This document shows, piece after piece, positions 23,200-35,127 of a DNA stretch of 64,000 nt; position 1 is the stretch's first letter; each line of letters starts with the position of its first letter. Both the position numbers and the translations under genes were made by a program. The notes under the pieces were generated by a model. The model was not told the DNA's origin and searched no databases. It saw only the letters and a list, made by a program, of their open reading frames with translations. Origin of the DNA: the human T2T-CHM13v2.0 reference genome, Homo sapiens; the NCBI RefSeq assembly GCF_009914755.1, contig NC_060931.1; one strand, 5' to 3'.

Positions 23200-24160
23200 C
23201 AGGCAAATGCAGTTATTGAAATGTAGTCAGGATGCAGGCACCTGCATTTAGCACGTCAGGCAAATGCAGTTATTGAAATGTAGTCAGGATGCAGGCACCT
23301 GCATTTAGCACGTCAGGCAAATGCAGTTATTGAAATGTAGTCAGGATGCAGGCACCTGCATTTAGCACGTCAGGCAAATGCAGTTATTGAAATGTAGTCA
23401 GGATGCAGGCACCTGCATTTAGCACGTCAGGCAAATGCAGTTATTGAAATGTAGTCAGGATGCAGGCACCTGCATTTAGCACGTCAAGCAAATGCAGTTA
23501 TTGAAGTGTAGTCAGGATGCACCTGCATTTAGCACGTCAGGCAAATGCAGTTATTGAAATGTAGTCAGGATGCAGGCACCTGCATTTAGCACGTCAGGCA
23601 AATGCAGTTATTGAAATGTAGTCAGGATGCAGGCACCTGCATTTAGCACGTCAGGCAAATGCAGTTATTGAAATGTAGTCAGGATGCAGGCACCTGCATT
23701 TAGCACATCAGGCAAATGCAGTTATTGAAATGTAGTCAGGATGCAGGCACCTGCATTTAGCACGTCAGGCAAATGCAGTTATTGAAATGTAGTCAGGATG
23801 CAGGCACCTGCATTTAGCACGTCAAGCAAATGCAGTTATTGAAGTGTAGTCAGGATGCACCTGCATTTAGCACGTCAGGCAAATGCAGTTATTGAAATGT
23901 AGTCAGGATGCAGGCACCTGCATTTAGCACGTCAGGCAAATGCAGTTATTGAAATGTAGTCAGGATGCAGGCACCTGCATTTAGCACGTCAGGCAAATGC
24001 AGTTATTGAAATGTAGTCAGGATGCAGGCACCTGCGTTTAGCACGTCAGGCAAATGCAGTTATTGAAATGTAGTCAGGATGCAGGCACCTGCGTTTAGCA
24101 TGTCAGGCAAATGCAGTTATTGATATGTAGTCAGGATGCAGGCACCTGCATTTAGCACGT
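23200..24160. repeat. Minisatellite, 57-bp unit x17 (two copies carry a 4-bp deletion)
   Basis: CAGGCAAATGCAGTTATTGAAATGTAGTCAGGATGCAGGCACCTGCATTTAGCACGT; 17x57-8=961 bp. Confidence 0.97.
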
Positions 24161-24861
24161 TGCTTTAGTAGGTTAAATCCCCTCCAGAATCTTCCAGAAT
24201 CCCCAAAATCTAAATGCCCACATTTGCTACGTCCAAATCACGGCTGTCACAATAGCCCTTCATGGGTTCACCTTCCTCGTGGTCCCGGGTCCCAACCTGG
24301 CCTGGCCCCTCTCCCTCCAGCTTCCTTTGGCTGCAGGCAAACACTGCCTGTTCTGAGGTGGTCAGCAGTGGACTCGGTCAGGCCACGTGGAAACCGCATG
24401 GGGCCACAGAGTGATGGGCCTCAGATGGGCAGCACACCCAGGAGCCGCTGGGGACCCTGTTAAAATGCAGACCCTGATGCAGAAGGTCCAGCTGTTCAAG
24501 CCAGCTTGCAGGTGAACCCAGAGCTGTGGGTCAGGGTCAGTCCTAGAGACGCGTCACAGAGAAACGACGCCGAATCACCAGCCACCGAGACAATCAGGAA
24601 CCAGTGACGTGATGGTAAACAGAGGAAAACACGGGCCACTCTTCAAAGCGCGGTGCCTCAGAAAACACTTCCACAGACACCTCTTCTTCTGTGTCGTTCT
24701 AAAACCCTTCTCCCAGAGATAAGGAAACTAGTTCCCTGCAAAATATATTTTATGGTTTTGTTATCATTTTCAGTATTTGCACTGTAATTATGGAAAATTA
24801 GTTTAGACTTTATTAAGCTTTTGAGTCTACATGTGAGGCGAATGGATGAATTTAATTTTTA

Positions 24862-25160
24862 TCCATGCATTACCTCCCTCTGTCTATCTACCACTAAACC
24901 ACAGCCACAGGAAGCTGAGGGTCCACGCGTTACCTCCCTCTATCTGTCCACTGATAAACCACAGCCACAGGAAGCTGAGGGTCCATGCATTACCTCCCTC
25001 TATCTATCTACCACTAAACCAGAGCCACAGTATGCTGAGGGTCCACGCATTACATCCTTCCATCTATCCACCACTAAACCACAGCCACAGTACACTGAGG
25101 GTCCATGCGTCACGTCCCTCTGTCTGTCCACCACTAAACCACAGCCACAGGAAGCTGAGG
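24862..25160. repeat. Minisatellite, 60-bp unit x5
   Basis: TCCATGCATTACCTCCCTCTATCTATCTACCACTAAACCACAGCCACAGGAAGCTGAGGG repeats. Confidence 0.93.
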
Positions 25161-25680
25161 ATGAAAATCCCCTTTCTCAGAGCATCTACTATGTGCCAGT
25201 TCTGTATTAGAAGTTTCAAATGCATCTCATCAAATTCTGAGTCCATGTGAGATAATAATTGCCAAATTAAAAACAATTTAAAGAGCAAGAAGGGATTCTG
25301 GAGATCATCTAATTTATTTTAATATTACCTAAATGCGAAGTGGAGGCAGGGAGGGCCTTGCCCACAGCTGTGTGTTCCTGAGTAACTGGGCGGGACTCCC
25401 TGCATCCCAGGCCTCCTACGCACCCTCCAGTGCCCCTTCCTCTAAACACTCTGTAGCTGCATTCACTCACAAACACCCACAGACCCTGTAAAATGCTGCT
25501 CCTTTGCTTCCTGCTTAGACCTGAGAAGTAGCCTCTCTCCCTGCAGCCCTGGAGATCCTTCACCCTGATCTTGCTGGACACTCCACGGCCCCCACTGCTG
25601 TTGGGTAAGAGTCGCCTCCCCCTGCATCTGGACGTGTGGCTGCAGGGATCCTGACACCGGCTCACTGTCTGCAAGCAAAG

Positions 25681-26754
25681 CCCTGAAGACAGGAAGCCCC
25701 AGGGACCCGTCTGAGAGCAGAGACCTCACGTCTGCTGGGGCCCTGAACACAGGAAGCCCCAGGGACCCGTCTGAGAGCAGAGGCCTCGCATCTTCTGGGA
25801 CCCCGAAGACAGGAAGCCCCAGGGACCCGTCTGAGAGCAGAGGCCTCGCGTCTTCTGGGACCCCAAAGACAGGAAGCCCCAGGGACCCGTCTGAGAGCAG
25901 AGGCCTCGCGTCTTCTGGGACCCCAAGACAGGAAGCCCCAGGGACCCGTCTGAGAGCAGAGACCTCACGTGTGCTGGGACCCTGAAGACAGGAAGCCCCA
26001 GGGACCCGTCTGAGAGCAGAGGCCTCACATCTTCTGGGACCCCAAGACAGGAAGCCCCAGGGACCCTTCTGAGAGCAGAGACCTCACATCTGCTGGGACC
26101 CCGAAGACAGGAAGCCCCAGGGACCCGTCTGACAGCAGAGGCCTCACATCTTCTGGGACCCCAAGACAGGAAGCCCCAGGGACCCGTCTGAGAGCAGAGA
26201 CCTCATGTCTGCTGGGACCCCGAAGACAGGAAGCCCCAGGGACCCGTCTGAGAGCAGAGGCCTCGCGTCTTCTGGGACCCCAAAGACAGGAAGCCCCAGG
26301 GACCCGTCTGAGAGCAGAGGCCTCGCGTCTTCTGGGACCCCAAAGATAGGAAGCCCCAGGGACCCGTCTGAGAGCAGAGACCTCATGTCTTCTGGGACCC
26401 CAAGACAGGAAGCCCCAGGGACCCGTCTGAGAGCAGAGACCTCACGTGTGCTGGGACCCTGAAGACAGGAAGCCCCAGGGACCCGTCTGAGAGCAGAGGC
26501 CTCACATCTTCTGGGACCCCAAGACAGGAAGCCCCAGGGACCCTTCTGAGAGCAGAGACCTCACATCTGCTGGGACCCCGAAGACAGGAAGCCCCAGGGA
26601 CCCGTCTGACAGCAGAGGCCTCACGTCTTCTGGGACCCCAAGACAGGAAGCCCCAGGGACCCGTCTGAGAGCAGAGACCTCATGTCTGCTGGGACCCCGA
26701 AGACAGGAAGCCCCAGGGACCCGTCTGAGAGCAGAGGCCTCATGTCTGCTGGGA
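25681..26754. repeat. Minisatellite, 59/60-bp unit x18
   Basis: GAAGACAGGAAGCCCCAGGGACCCGTCTGAGAGCAGAGGCCTCGCGTCTTCTGGGACCCC and variants. Confidence 0.97.
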
Positions 26755-27757
26755 TCACTCAGTGCACACGGGCATGTGTGGTGTGTGGGAAGCAGGAGGG
26801 AAGCGAGGTTTTATTAAAGCACAGGTGCTTTACCTCCAAGCAGGAGTCAGCATTTTCCATGGAGTTCTGCTGTGAACCCTCTGGGGTTTGTGACCAGGTC
26901 AGGCTGAGCAGACTGGGATGTTTACGAGTTCTTACGCACACCCTTCACAGCTGAGGGTCTACAATTCACGCTTGTGGGCAATTCATGAAGAAGAGAGGTG
27001 CACATCACTACCTCCATTTTGCAAACTAGGGCTGGGGTCAGGAGAGCTGCCCGACGCTTAGAGGGACTGTGGAGCTCTGTGGGCAATGGACACGTGACAG
27101 GTGGCATTTATAGAGCACTTACTGGGAACATGACAGGTGGCATTTATAGAGCACTTACTGGGAACATGCACTGTTGCAGCACTTTATGTGAATTCACACG
27201 TTTAACTCTCACCACAATCCAGAAGGAAGGTGCAGATGAGGACTCTGAGGCCCACCCAAGACCGTAAAACCAGGGCAGGGCCATAGGCAGATACAGGACC
27301 CGACCCAGAGCCCACACTCAGCCATGCTGCCCCCGGGACTAACTGCCTGGCTTGGGTGGTCCTTAGTAGAGCGGGCGGCATCAGGCCTCTCTGCTCTTGG
27401 TCGCCTGGAGATCCCACAGCCAGCAGGATGCACCCAGCCTCCCTGAGAAAGATAGAACTGGTCTGGTTCCTTTCCCTGGGTTTAGGGGGCTGGGGCCAAA
27501 GAGAAAAATGGTAGGCCCTGAACACTCTTCTTGTGATGGTGGGATGGACCTGCTATTCAGGAAAGCCTCAACTGGCTCCCCCAGGTCCACTGTACCCAAA
27601 GGAACTGGCTGCCTGAACACATTTGGTAAAAGAGATTGCGAAGCCACCCAGGACACTCCCCGTGTCTCAGCGTCACTACCAGGCTCTCACAAGCTGATCA
27701 ATCTGAGACCACCTGAGTTTGAAGCACCAGGGCTGGGAGTGCGAGTTCCGACTATGA

Positions 27758-28030
27758 AGAGAGGGCAGCACAGAGGGCGGGATAGGGGTGGGGTGGGGAG
27801 GGGGGCAGAGGGTGGAAGATGAGAGGGTGGGAGATAGGGATGGGAGAGAGAGCGGGGCAGATGGCAGGGCACAGGGATAGAGGGCAGGAGAAAGGGCAGG
27901 GCAGAGGGTGGGAGAGAGGGCAGTGCAGAGGATAGGATGGGGGGGTGGGACAGGGGGCAGGAGGGAGGGCAGCACAGAAGGCCAGGCAGAGGGCTGGGAC
28001 AGAAGGCAGCACACAAGGCAGGACAGGCTG
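27758..28030 (+). repeat. G/A-rich low-complexity tract (G-quadruplex potential)
   Basis: Many GGG/GGGG runs, e.g. GGGATAGGGGTGGGGTGGGGAGGGGGG. Confidence 0.8.
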
Positions 28031-31014
28031 CAGATGATGCTCAGAATGCAGCCACCCCACGTCCAGAACGTCAGGGCAGGAGGGGACATGGAGATGGTTT
28101 AACCTCACATGCCCACTTTAGAGGCAGGAGAGTGGGGTCCCGGGGTGCCAGGTGTCTTGCTGAAGGTTGTGAAATAAGGATCAGTGAAACGGTGAGACCA
28201 TTCCTTCCACCCTTGTGTTTCCCTGGCATATGTGTCAGCCAGCTGGTCAACACATGCTGCGTTAGCAAATGCTGAAGGCAGGGTCGTCCCTGGCATGACC
28301 CCCTCCCCATAACCCACAGCCCCTCTTCCCCAGTACGCCGTGGCAGCCTGCCATCTGCTCTCTGCTCCTCTGACTACCTTCAGCAACCCTGCCTTACGGT
28401 GGGGATGCTGGACAGGCATTCAGGAGACACAAATGTCAACTCCTCTGTGGGTTCCTGCAGCACCGGGAGACCCTGGCGCGACTCCTGAGGGCTTCAGTCC
28501 TCGGTTTGTTCCTTTTAGGAGGAAGCCACCGGATCGTTTCCCATGCTTAAGCTCAGACGCCCACCCAGCACAGCCTCCGCCGCAGCCTGGCAGCCCAACA
28601 GAGGCTGGTCATAGTTTTTGCCCTGGAATTCCCCTCCTTTTACCACATTTGCCACCTCTGGTCCCATCTTCCTTTCAGGGTCCAGGCAGTCTTCCCCCTC
28701 ATTAAATCAAATTTATTCCCAATCCTCTGATCTCCATTCACCAGCCTCCTCTGTCTCTACTGTAAGACTTCCCTGTCCCTCGGGTGGGGGCGGCATCCTC
28801 ACAGGGGTGAGGAGCTCTGTGCTGCTGTTGAGATGAATGGTGCCAGAAGGGAGTCTTTCCAAGTGCCCTGTAATGCAGAACCTTTCCCAGTGCCCACTGG
28901 TGGTGTTCCCGGGACACCAGGCACTGGAGGTCGGCACGCTTATTGTAATGAATCTGAAGGCAGCCCCCACCAACGCGCTGGCTGCCTTGGGGCCAGGCAT
29001 GAAGCGAATTCAGTCCACATCAGCGGGTCCAAGCCTGGACCTAGACACCCGTCCCAGCTCAGACGCTCAGCTCTGGGCCATCACCCGTCGCTCAGCCTGG
29101 GTGACGCAGACTGTAATAATCATGCCATCGTGCACACTGTTTTTCGGAGCCTGTTGAATCACATCACAAATGCAATTTATAGTTTGCCTCAAGATGTTTT
29201 CCGGAACCTTCCTGCAGAGATAGCACGAGGCCCACAGAGGGGTGTCTTGGGGCACCTGGCAGGTTCCAGGGTGGGAGCTATAAACTAGAAGTCCCGCGCT
29301 TCTCCTCCCCCAGGTTCACTTGACCACAATTCTAAAATATTAATAGCATACAGCGTGTTAAGTGATGGCAATGAAAGTCTGGTTCACTCTTATTTTATCA
29401 CAAACGTTGCATAATAAAACATTCCTGGTGCCCCTCGTGATTCGCAGCCTCCTGAGAGGGGGTCTCTGTTCAGGGTCTCTCAGCTGCTGCTTTTAGCTCC
29501 TTTGTGGGGTGCAATCATTTCCCAGGATGCTGGAGTCAGGTTTCTGCACTGGCACCAGCTGAAGTGTTTTCCATTTCCTGTGTGAAGCTCAGGGGGTTGT
29601 AAGCACACACACGTGACCGTCGTGAGCACCATCAGCCCTGCCTGGAGCACCGGAGGGTGCCAAGGGGGGCTTTCTTTTCTTTGCTTCTCCTGCTGCCCCT
29701 GGCCCTGAGGTGGTGCCTGAAATCCCTGCCAATACCATCCCTGTTCCTGAGAGCCTCCTTGGGCAAAGCTGGGTCTGGGGCAGGTAAGCGGGCAGCTTCC
29801 TGGGGCACCAGCCCCACAGGTGAGCCAACATGGGAGTGGGCGTGCCACACTTCCCAGGCTGCTCACAGGCACTGCTGCTTGGGGATGAAATGTATATTTT
29901 TATGGAAATGTTAAAAATTATTTTTGGCTGCCTAAATTATGTATATTGCCTTCCCTACATTTTGATAATTTTTTTTCGTTTTTTTTGTTTTTCGCAAGAG
30001 GCAGAACCAGCTTCCCGCTGTAGCAGCTAAGAGGCTGCACTGAAGGGCAGCCCTCTCCCCTGTCTCACCTCCAGTGCACAGGCCTCCTGTGGATCAGAGG
30101 CTCCCACAGACTCTGAGTCAAGAACTCCTTCTGCCGCTGCAGGAGCTGCAGCCAGACGAGGTTTCTAGAAGCCATGGCTCCAGCACTGCAGCATGAGCTG
30201 CGGTGCCTGGCATTGTGCAGAAGGGCACCCACGCACGGATAGGGTGGCTGGCATCTCCCAGGCTGCTCTGAGCTGGTTCCCTGGCTGTCCCAGCAATTCC
30301 ACGAGTTAACTAATACATTTTCATAAGCACATTTGCTGCCTAGGCCAGGTTTCTGTCGCTTGCTAATAAGAATTAATTGTGACTCATGCAGGATTCTTGG
30401 GGTAGGGGTGAGGGCCCCAGTGGGCACTGCTGCTTCCAGGCAGGTCCAGTGAGGAGGCGTTTGGCCCGGGAAAGGGCAGGCCCAATCAGGCCTGAGCAGA
30501 GCCGTCAGCACAACAGAGGCACGGAACCCAGTCTACTTCCGATCACACGCTGAGTAGGCACTGAAAGAAAAGTGACTGAAATGTGAGCTCAATTCTTAAT
30601 CTAACCCTGTTCTCAGGAGGCACATGCCTTCGTGTGGGGCTAGAGCATTAACTCTAAAACTGTTTCACAAGCCTCTGGGGGCTTCAGAGGCATCTCAGTG
30701 AGTCACAAATGCATCAGAAAAATGCAGGTAAGCTCTGGCTCTTACATGACGAGGGGACATTTTCAGTGAGTTACCGAGACAGTTAGAGGTGTAGCTTTGG
30801 TAAGCTAAATTGAATAAATGACTAGAGCTTAGCATAGACTGCGGTCTGGGCTTCAGTAGGAATTACGGCTGCCGTGCAGGGCGGGGCAACATGGCAGAGC
30901 TTCTCCTGAGCATGAGCATGTGCACAAAATTGGGATTCTACCACCGCCAGGAGAAATTATTTTAGGTTGGTCATGGCTTTCTATTGTTACTCTAAGTTGC
31001 TTCCCCTCCCCCCT

Positions 31015-33400
31015 TTAAAAATATGTTATTTTAACATACGTCAGATTTATAGAAAAGTTGTAAGACTATCATACAAGAATCTCAGACACTCGTCACCCGA
31101 TTCTCCAAATGGTAACATTTTAGGCTTTACTCTCACCTGCAAAATCTCTCTCTATATTTATATTTACACTGATATTTGTGCTTTATTATTCTGAACTATT
31201 TGAGAGAAACTTATGGACATGATTTTCCCTTAGTTCTAAATACTTCAGTGCTTATTTCCTAAAAACAAAGGCATTCTCCTACATAATGAGAGTACAGTTA
31301 TGAAAACCAAAAATTCACACTGATATGGTACTAATATCTAATCAACAGAACTTACACGATTTGTCTACTTCTCCCAAGAACATTTCTAGAACAAAATAAA
31401 TGCCCACATGAGGCCCTGCATACCGACGTCATGTCTCTCTAGCCTCCTTCAATTTAGAAAATCCTTCAGTTCAGTCTTTCTTGGTCTTTGTGATAGTGAC
31501 AACTTTAGAATGGGGTGAGTCACTTTGATTGACAGTTTCAGATTAGAGGTGACTTACTTTGACATTTTTAGAGTAGGGGTGACTCACTTGAATTGACAGT
31601 TTTAGAGGAGGGGTGAGTCAGTCTGATTGACAGTTTTAGAGTAGGGGTGAGTCACTTGGACATTTTTAGAGTAGGGTGAGTCACTCTGACAGTTTTACAG
31701 TAGGGTTGGGTCATTCTGACAGTTTGAGAGTGGGGTGAGTCACTCTGATTGACATCTTTAGAGGAGGAGTGTCATTCTGATTGACAGTTTAAGAGGAGGG
31801 GTGAGTCACTCGGACAGTTTTAGAGGAGGGGTGAGTCACTCACAGTTTTAGAAGAGGGATGAGTCACTCCGATGGACAGCTTTAGAGAAGTGACTCACTT
31901 TGACTGACATTTATAGAGTAAGGGTGAGTCATTCTGATTGACAGTTTTAGAGGAGGGGTGAATCACTCCGATTGACAGTTTTAGAGAAGGGGTGAGTCGC
32001 TCTGATTGACAGTTTTAGAGGAGGGGTGAGTCACTCATTGACAGTTTTAGAGGAGGGGTGAGTCACTCTGACTGACAGTTTTAGAGGAGGGGTGAGTCAT
32101 CCTGATTGACAGTTTTAGTGGCGGGGTGAGTCAGTCTGACTGGCATTTTTAGAGGAGGGATGAGTCACTCTGACTGACAGTTTTAGAGGAGGGGTGAGTC
32201 ACTCATTGACAGTTTTAGAGGAGGGGTGAGTCACTCTGATTGACAGTTTTAGAGGAAGGGTGAGTCACTCTGATTGACAGTTTTAGAGGAAGGGTGAGTC
32301 ACTCTGATTGACAGTTTTAGAGGAGGGGTGAGTCACTCATTGACAGTTTTAGAGGAGGGGTGAGTCACTCTGATTGACAGTTTTAGAGGAAGGGTGAGTC
32401 ATTCTGATTGACAGTTTTAGAGGAGGGGTGAGTCACTCTGATTGACAGCTTTAGAGGAAGGGTGAGTCACTCTGACTGACAGTTTTAGAGGAAGGGTGAG
32501 TCACTCTGATTGACAGTTTTAGAGGAGGGGTGAGTCACTCTGATTGACAGTTTTAGAGGAGGGGTGAGTCACTCTGATTGACAGCTTTAGAGGAAGGGTG
32601 AGTCACTCTGACAGTTTTAGAGGAAGGGTGAGTCACTCTGACTGACAGTTTTAGAGGAGGGGTGAGTCACTCTGATTGACAGTTTTAGTGGAGGGATGAG
32701 TCACCCTGATTGACAGTTTTAGAGGAGGGGTGAGTCACTCTGATTGACACTTTTAGAGGAGGGGTGAGTCACTCTGATTGACAGTTTTAGTGGAGGGATG
32801 AGTCACCCTGATTGACAGTTTTAGAGGAGGGGTGAGTCACTCTGATTGACAGTTTTAGAGGAGGGGTGAGTCACTCTGATTGACAGCTTTAGAGGAAGGG
32901 TGAGTCACTCTGATTGACAGTTTTAGAGGAAGGATGAGTCACTCTGATTGACAGTTTTAGTGGCGGGATGAGTCACCCTGATTGACAGTTTTAGAGGAGG
33001 GGTGAGTCACTCTAAATGACATTTTTAGAGCAGGGGTGAGTCACTGATTTGCATTTTTAAAGTAGGGGTGAGTCACTTTGCACCATGCTCCTTGGCTGGT
33101 ATACCGTGGCTGCCTCAGGAATAGACTGGGTTTTGCTCTTTGTCGAGAACACCAGGGACATCATCTTTTGTGTTCTTTGTGCATCAGCTCAAGGGCACGT
33201 GTGCGGATCCATCTTGCCGCTGGTGACGTTCACTGGTATCACTTGTTAAGCGCTGCCTGCCTGGTTTCTGCACCGTGAATGCTGTTTTCCTCTGATCCTA
33301 TCTTGTGGTGAGAGCTATTCTGTGGTTCTCCAGAATATCGGCCGCTCATTTTAGCATCAATGATTCTTATCTGAATCAAGTAGTACTAAGAATTGATTTG
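31015..33400 (-). mobile_element. L1MC4/L1MC5-like 3' UTR (antisense) hosting the 34-bp VNTR
   Basis: CAGATTTATAGAAAAGTTGTAAGA...TATTTCCTAAAAACAAAGGCATTCTCCTACATAA...CATGTCTCTCTAGCCTCCTTCAATTTAGAA on the left; continuation ...GGTGACGTTCACTGGTATCACTTG...GGTTTCTGCACCGTGAA on the right. Confidence 0.7.
31496..33078. repeat. Minisatellite, 34-bp unit x ~48 (AGTTTTAGAGGAGGGGTGAGTCACTCTGATTGAC), an AP-1 plus PBX/MEIS motif array
   Basis: Direct tandem repeat, degenerate at the 5' side and homogeneous in the centre and 3' part; manual count ~43 TGA(G/C)TCA and ~24 TGATTGACAG. Confidence 0.97.
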
Positions 33401-33959
33401 ACTTTAACATAAAGAATTTCCAATGTGAGAAGATTTCAGTATTCATGGCTACAGATGCCAAGTGTGGGCAACTTATCTTTTATGCGCCTTCAACAAAGCC
33501 ATGGGAGCAGAGAGAGGGAAAGAAAATCTGAACCAGTATGAGTCAACTGGCACATCGGCTCACCTCGATAGCATTTGCACATTTGACTGGAAGCCTCTGG
33601 CTTGTAGAATTTTTTCCCACTATAGTATAGAACACTCCACTTCAATTTTTACTTGTTTAAAAGAATCACATTTGTTTCATTTCCACTCTGACCTGATCTT
33701 TGCTCTGCCACAGGGACTCTTCACTTGGCGATGATGAGCAAAGCATCCGGCCTTGGACCTCCTGCTTCCCAGAGCCTGCAGGGCTGTCTCACTTCCTCCA
33801 GAAGCTCTCAGTCTGCTGCCATTTCTTGGGTTCTTCATCCTTCCTGTGGACCTGGGTCTCCAACTGCTGTGATTTCCCATCAGTCAGAAGAGGTCCGCAG
33901 CATTTTGTACAGTGCAGGTCTAACATGGCAGATTCTCTCGGGATGGGCTGGCACGAAAG

Positions 33960-34800
33960 CAGGTTTCTTTCACCCTTATGCTGAAACATGTTTTTGCTGG
34001 AGATAGAACTCTGGGCTTTTGTTTTCTCCCTTGCAGAACCTTAAAGAGTTGTCAAATTGTCTCCTGGTTTCTGCTGTTTCTAGTGAAGAATGAAGTCAGT
34101 CCTCATGCATATCATTGCTCCTGGGAATGTAACGTCTCTCCTCCCAGCTGTTAAGATTTTCTATCTTTGGTATTTTAGCAATTTGACTACAAATGTGCTT
34201 ATGTTAATTTTCTTTGCACTTAACTTGCTTGGGGTTCTCTGAGCTTCTTCTTTTTCACCAGGTGGAGGGTGGGTAGGGTTGCTGGTTTTGAATATTAATT
34301 CTTCTTTTTTTGTGTCCCACCTTTCTTGGCTCATCTTCTGGAACTGTCACGTGGGTCAGACCACTTGACTTTGTCCTAGAGGCCACCTGGGCTCTTTTTT
34401 GTTTCTGGCATTTTTCTCTGTCCTTCAGATGCGATCATTTCTGTGCATCTGTTCCAAGTTTGCCAATTCATTCTTCTGCAGTCTCTGATCCGCTGTAAAG
34501 CCCATGCAGTGAATTTCCCATCTTACAAGCTCTCCTTTCTAAAATCTACACGTGGTTCTTCTGCACGGCCTCCATCTTTCTGCTGAGGTTCCCACGTGTC
34601 CCCTCTTCTCCGTCTTTCCCTTTACGTTCTTGAACAGATCTGGAATTGTTGTTAAGTCCTTGTCTGGTTGATTTCAGTGTCTGTATCATTGGGACTTTCT
34701 TTTCTCTTCTTTATGGGTCCTAATGTCCTGTTTCTTAACATGTTTAGCAATTTTGGACTGCAAGATGAACATTGGCGGGTACATCACAGGAACCTGGTGA
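33960..34800 (-). mobile_element. Old L1M fragment (ORF1 region, antisense)
   Basis: TTTTGCTGGAGATAGAACTCTGGG...GATTTTCTATCTTTGGTATTTTAGCAATTTGACTA...CTTGGGGTTCTCTGAGCTTCTT. Confidence 0.7.
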
Positions 34801-34846
34801 CAGTCCACTCCTTGCTTTTAAAATTGGAGCTCCCTGGGAGGCATCG

Positions 34847-35127
34847 GCATCTGTGTCACTCCCTCAGGGGGGTCTAGCCATCCTCAGCATCTGTGTCGCT
34901 CCCTCAGGGGGGTCTAGCCATCCTCAGCATCTGTGTCGCTCCCTCAGGGGGGTCTAGCCATCCTCAGCATCTGTGTCGCTCCCTCAGGGGGGTCTAGCCA
35001 TCCTCAGCATCTGTGTCGCTCCCTCAGGGGTGTCTAGCCATCCTCAGCATCTGTGTCGCTCCCTCAGGGGGGGTTTAGACATCTTCAGCATCTGTGTCGC
35101 TCCCTCAGGGGGGTCTAGCCATCCTCA
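34847..35127. repeat. Minisatellite, 40-bp unit x7
   Basis: GCATCTGTGTCGCTCCCTCAGGGGGGTCTAGCCATCCTCA. Confidence 0.95.

Noticed and set aside
23200-24160. CRISPR-like appearance (palindromic repeats at a regular period)
   Set aside because: Units are head-to-tail with no unique spacers, there are no cas genes, and the context is primate
24862-25160. PRDM9 hotspot motif in the VNTR
   Set aside because: Only the 7-mer CCTCCCT is present; the 13-mer CCNCCNTNNCCNC is not matched
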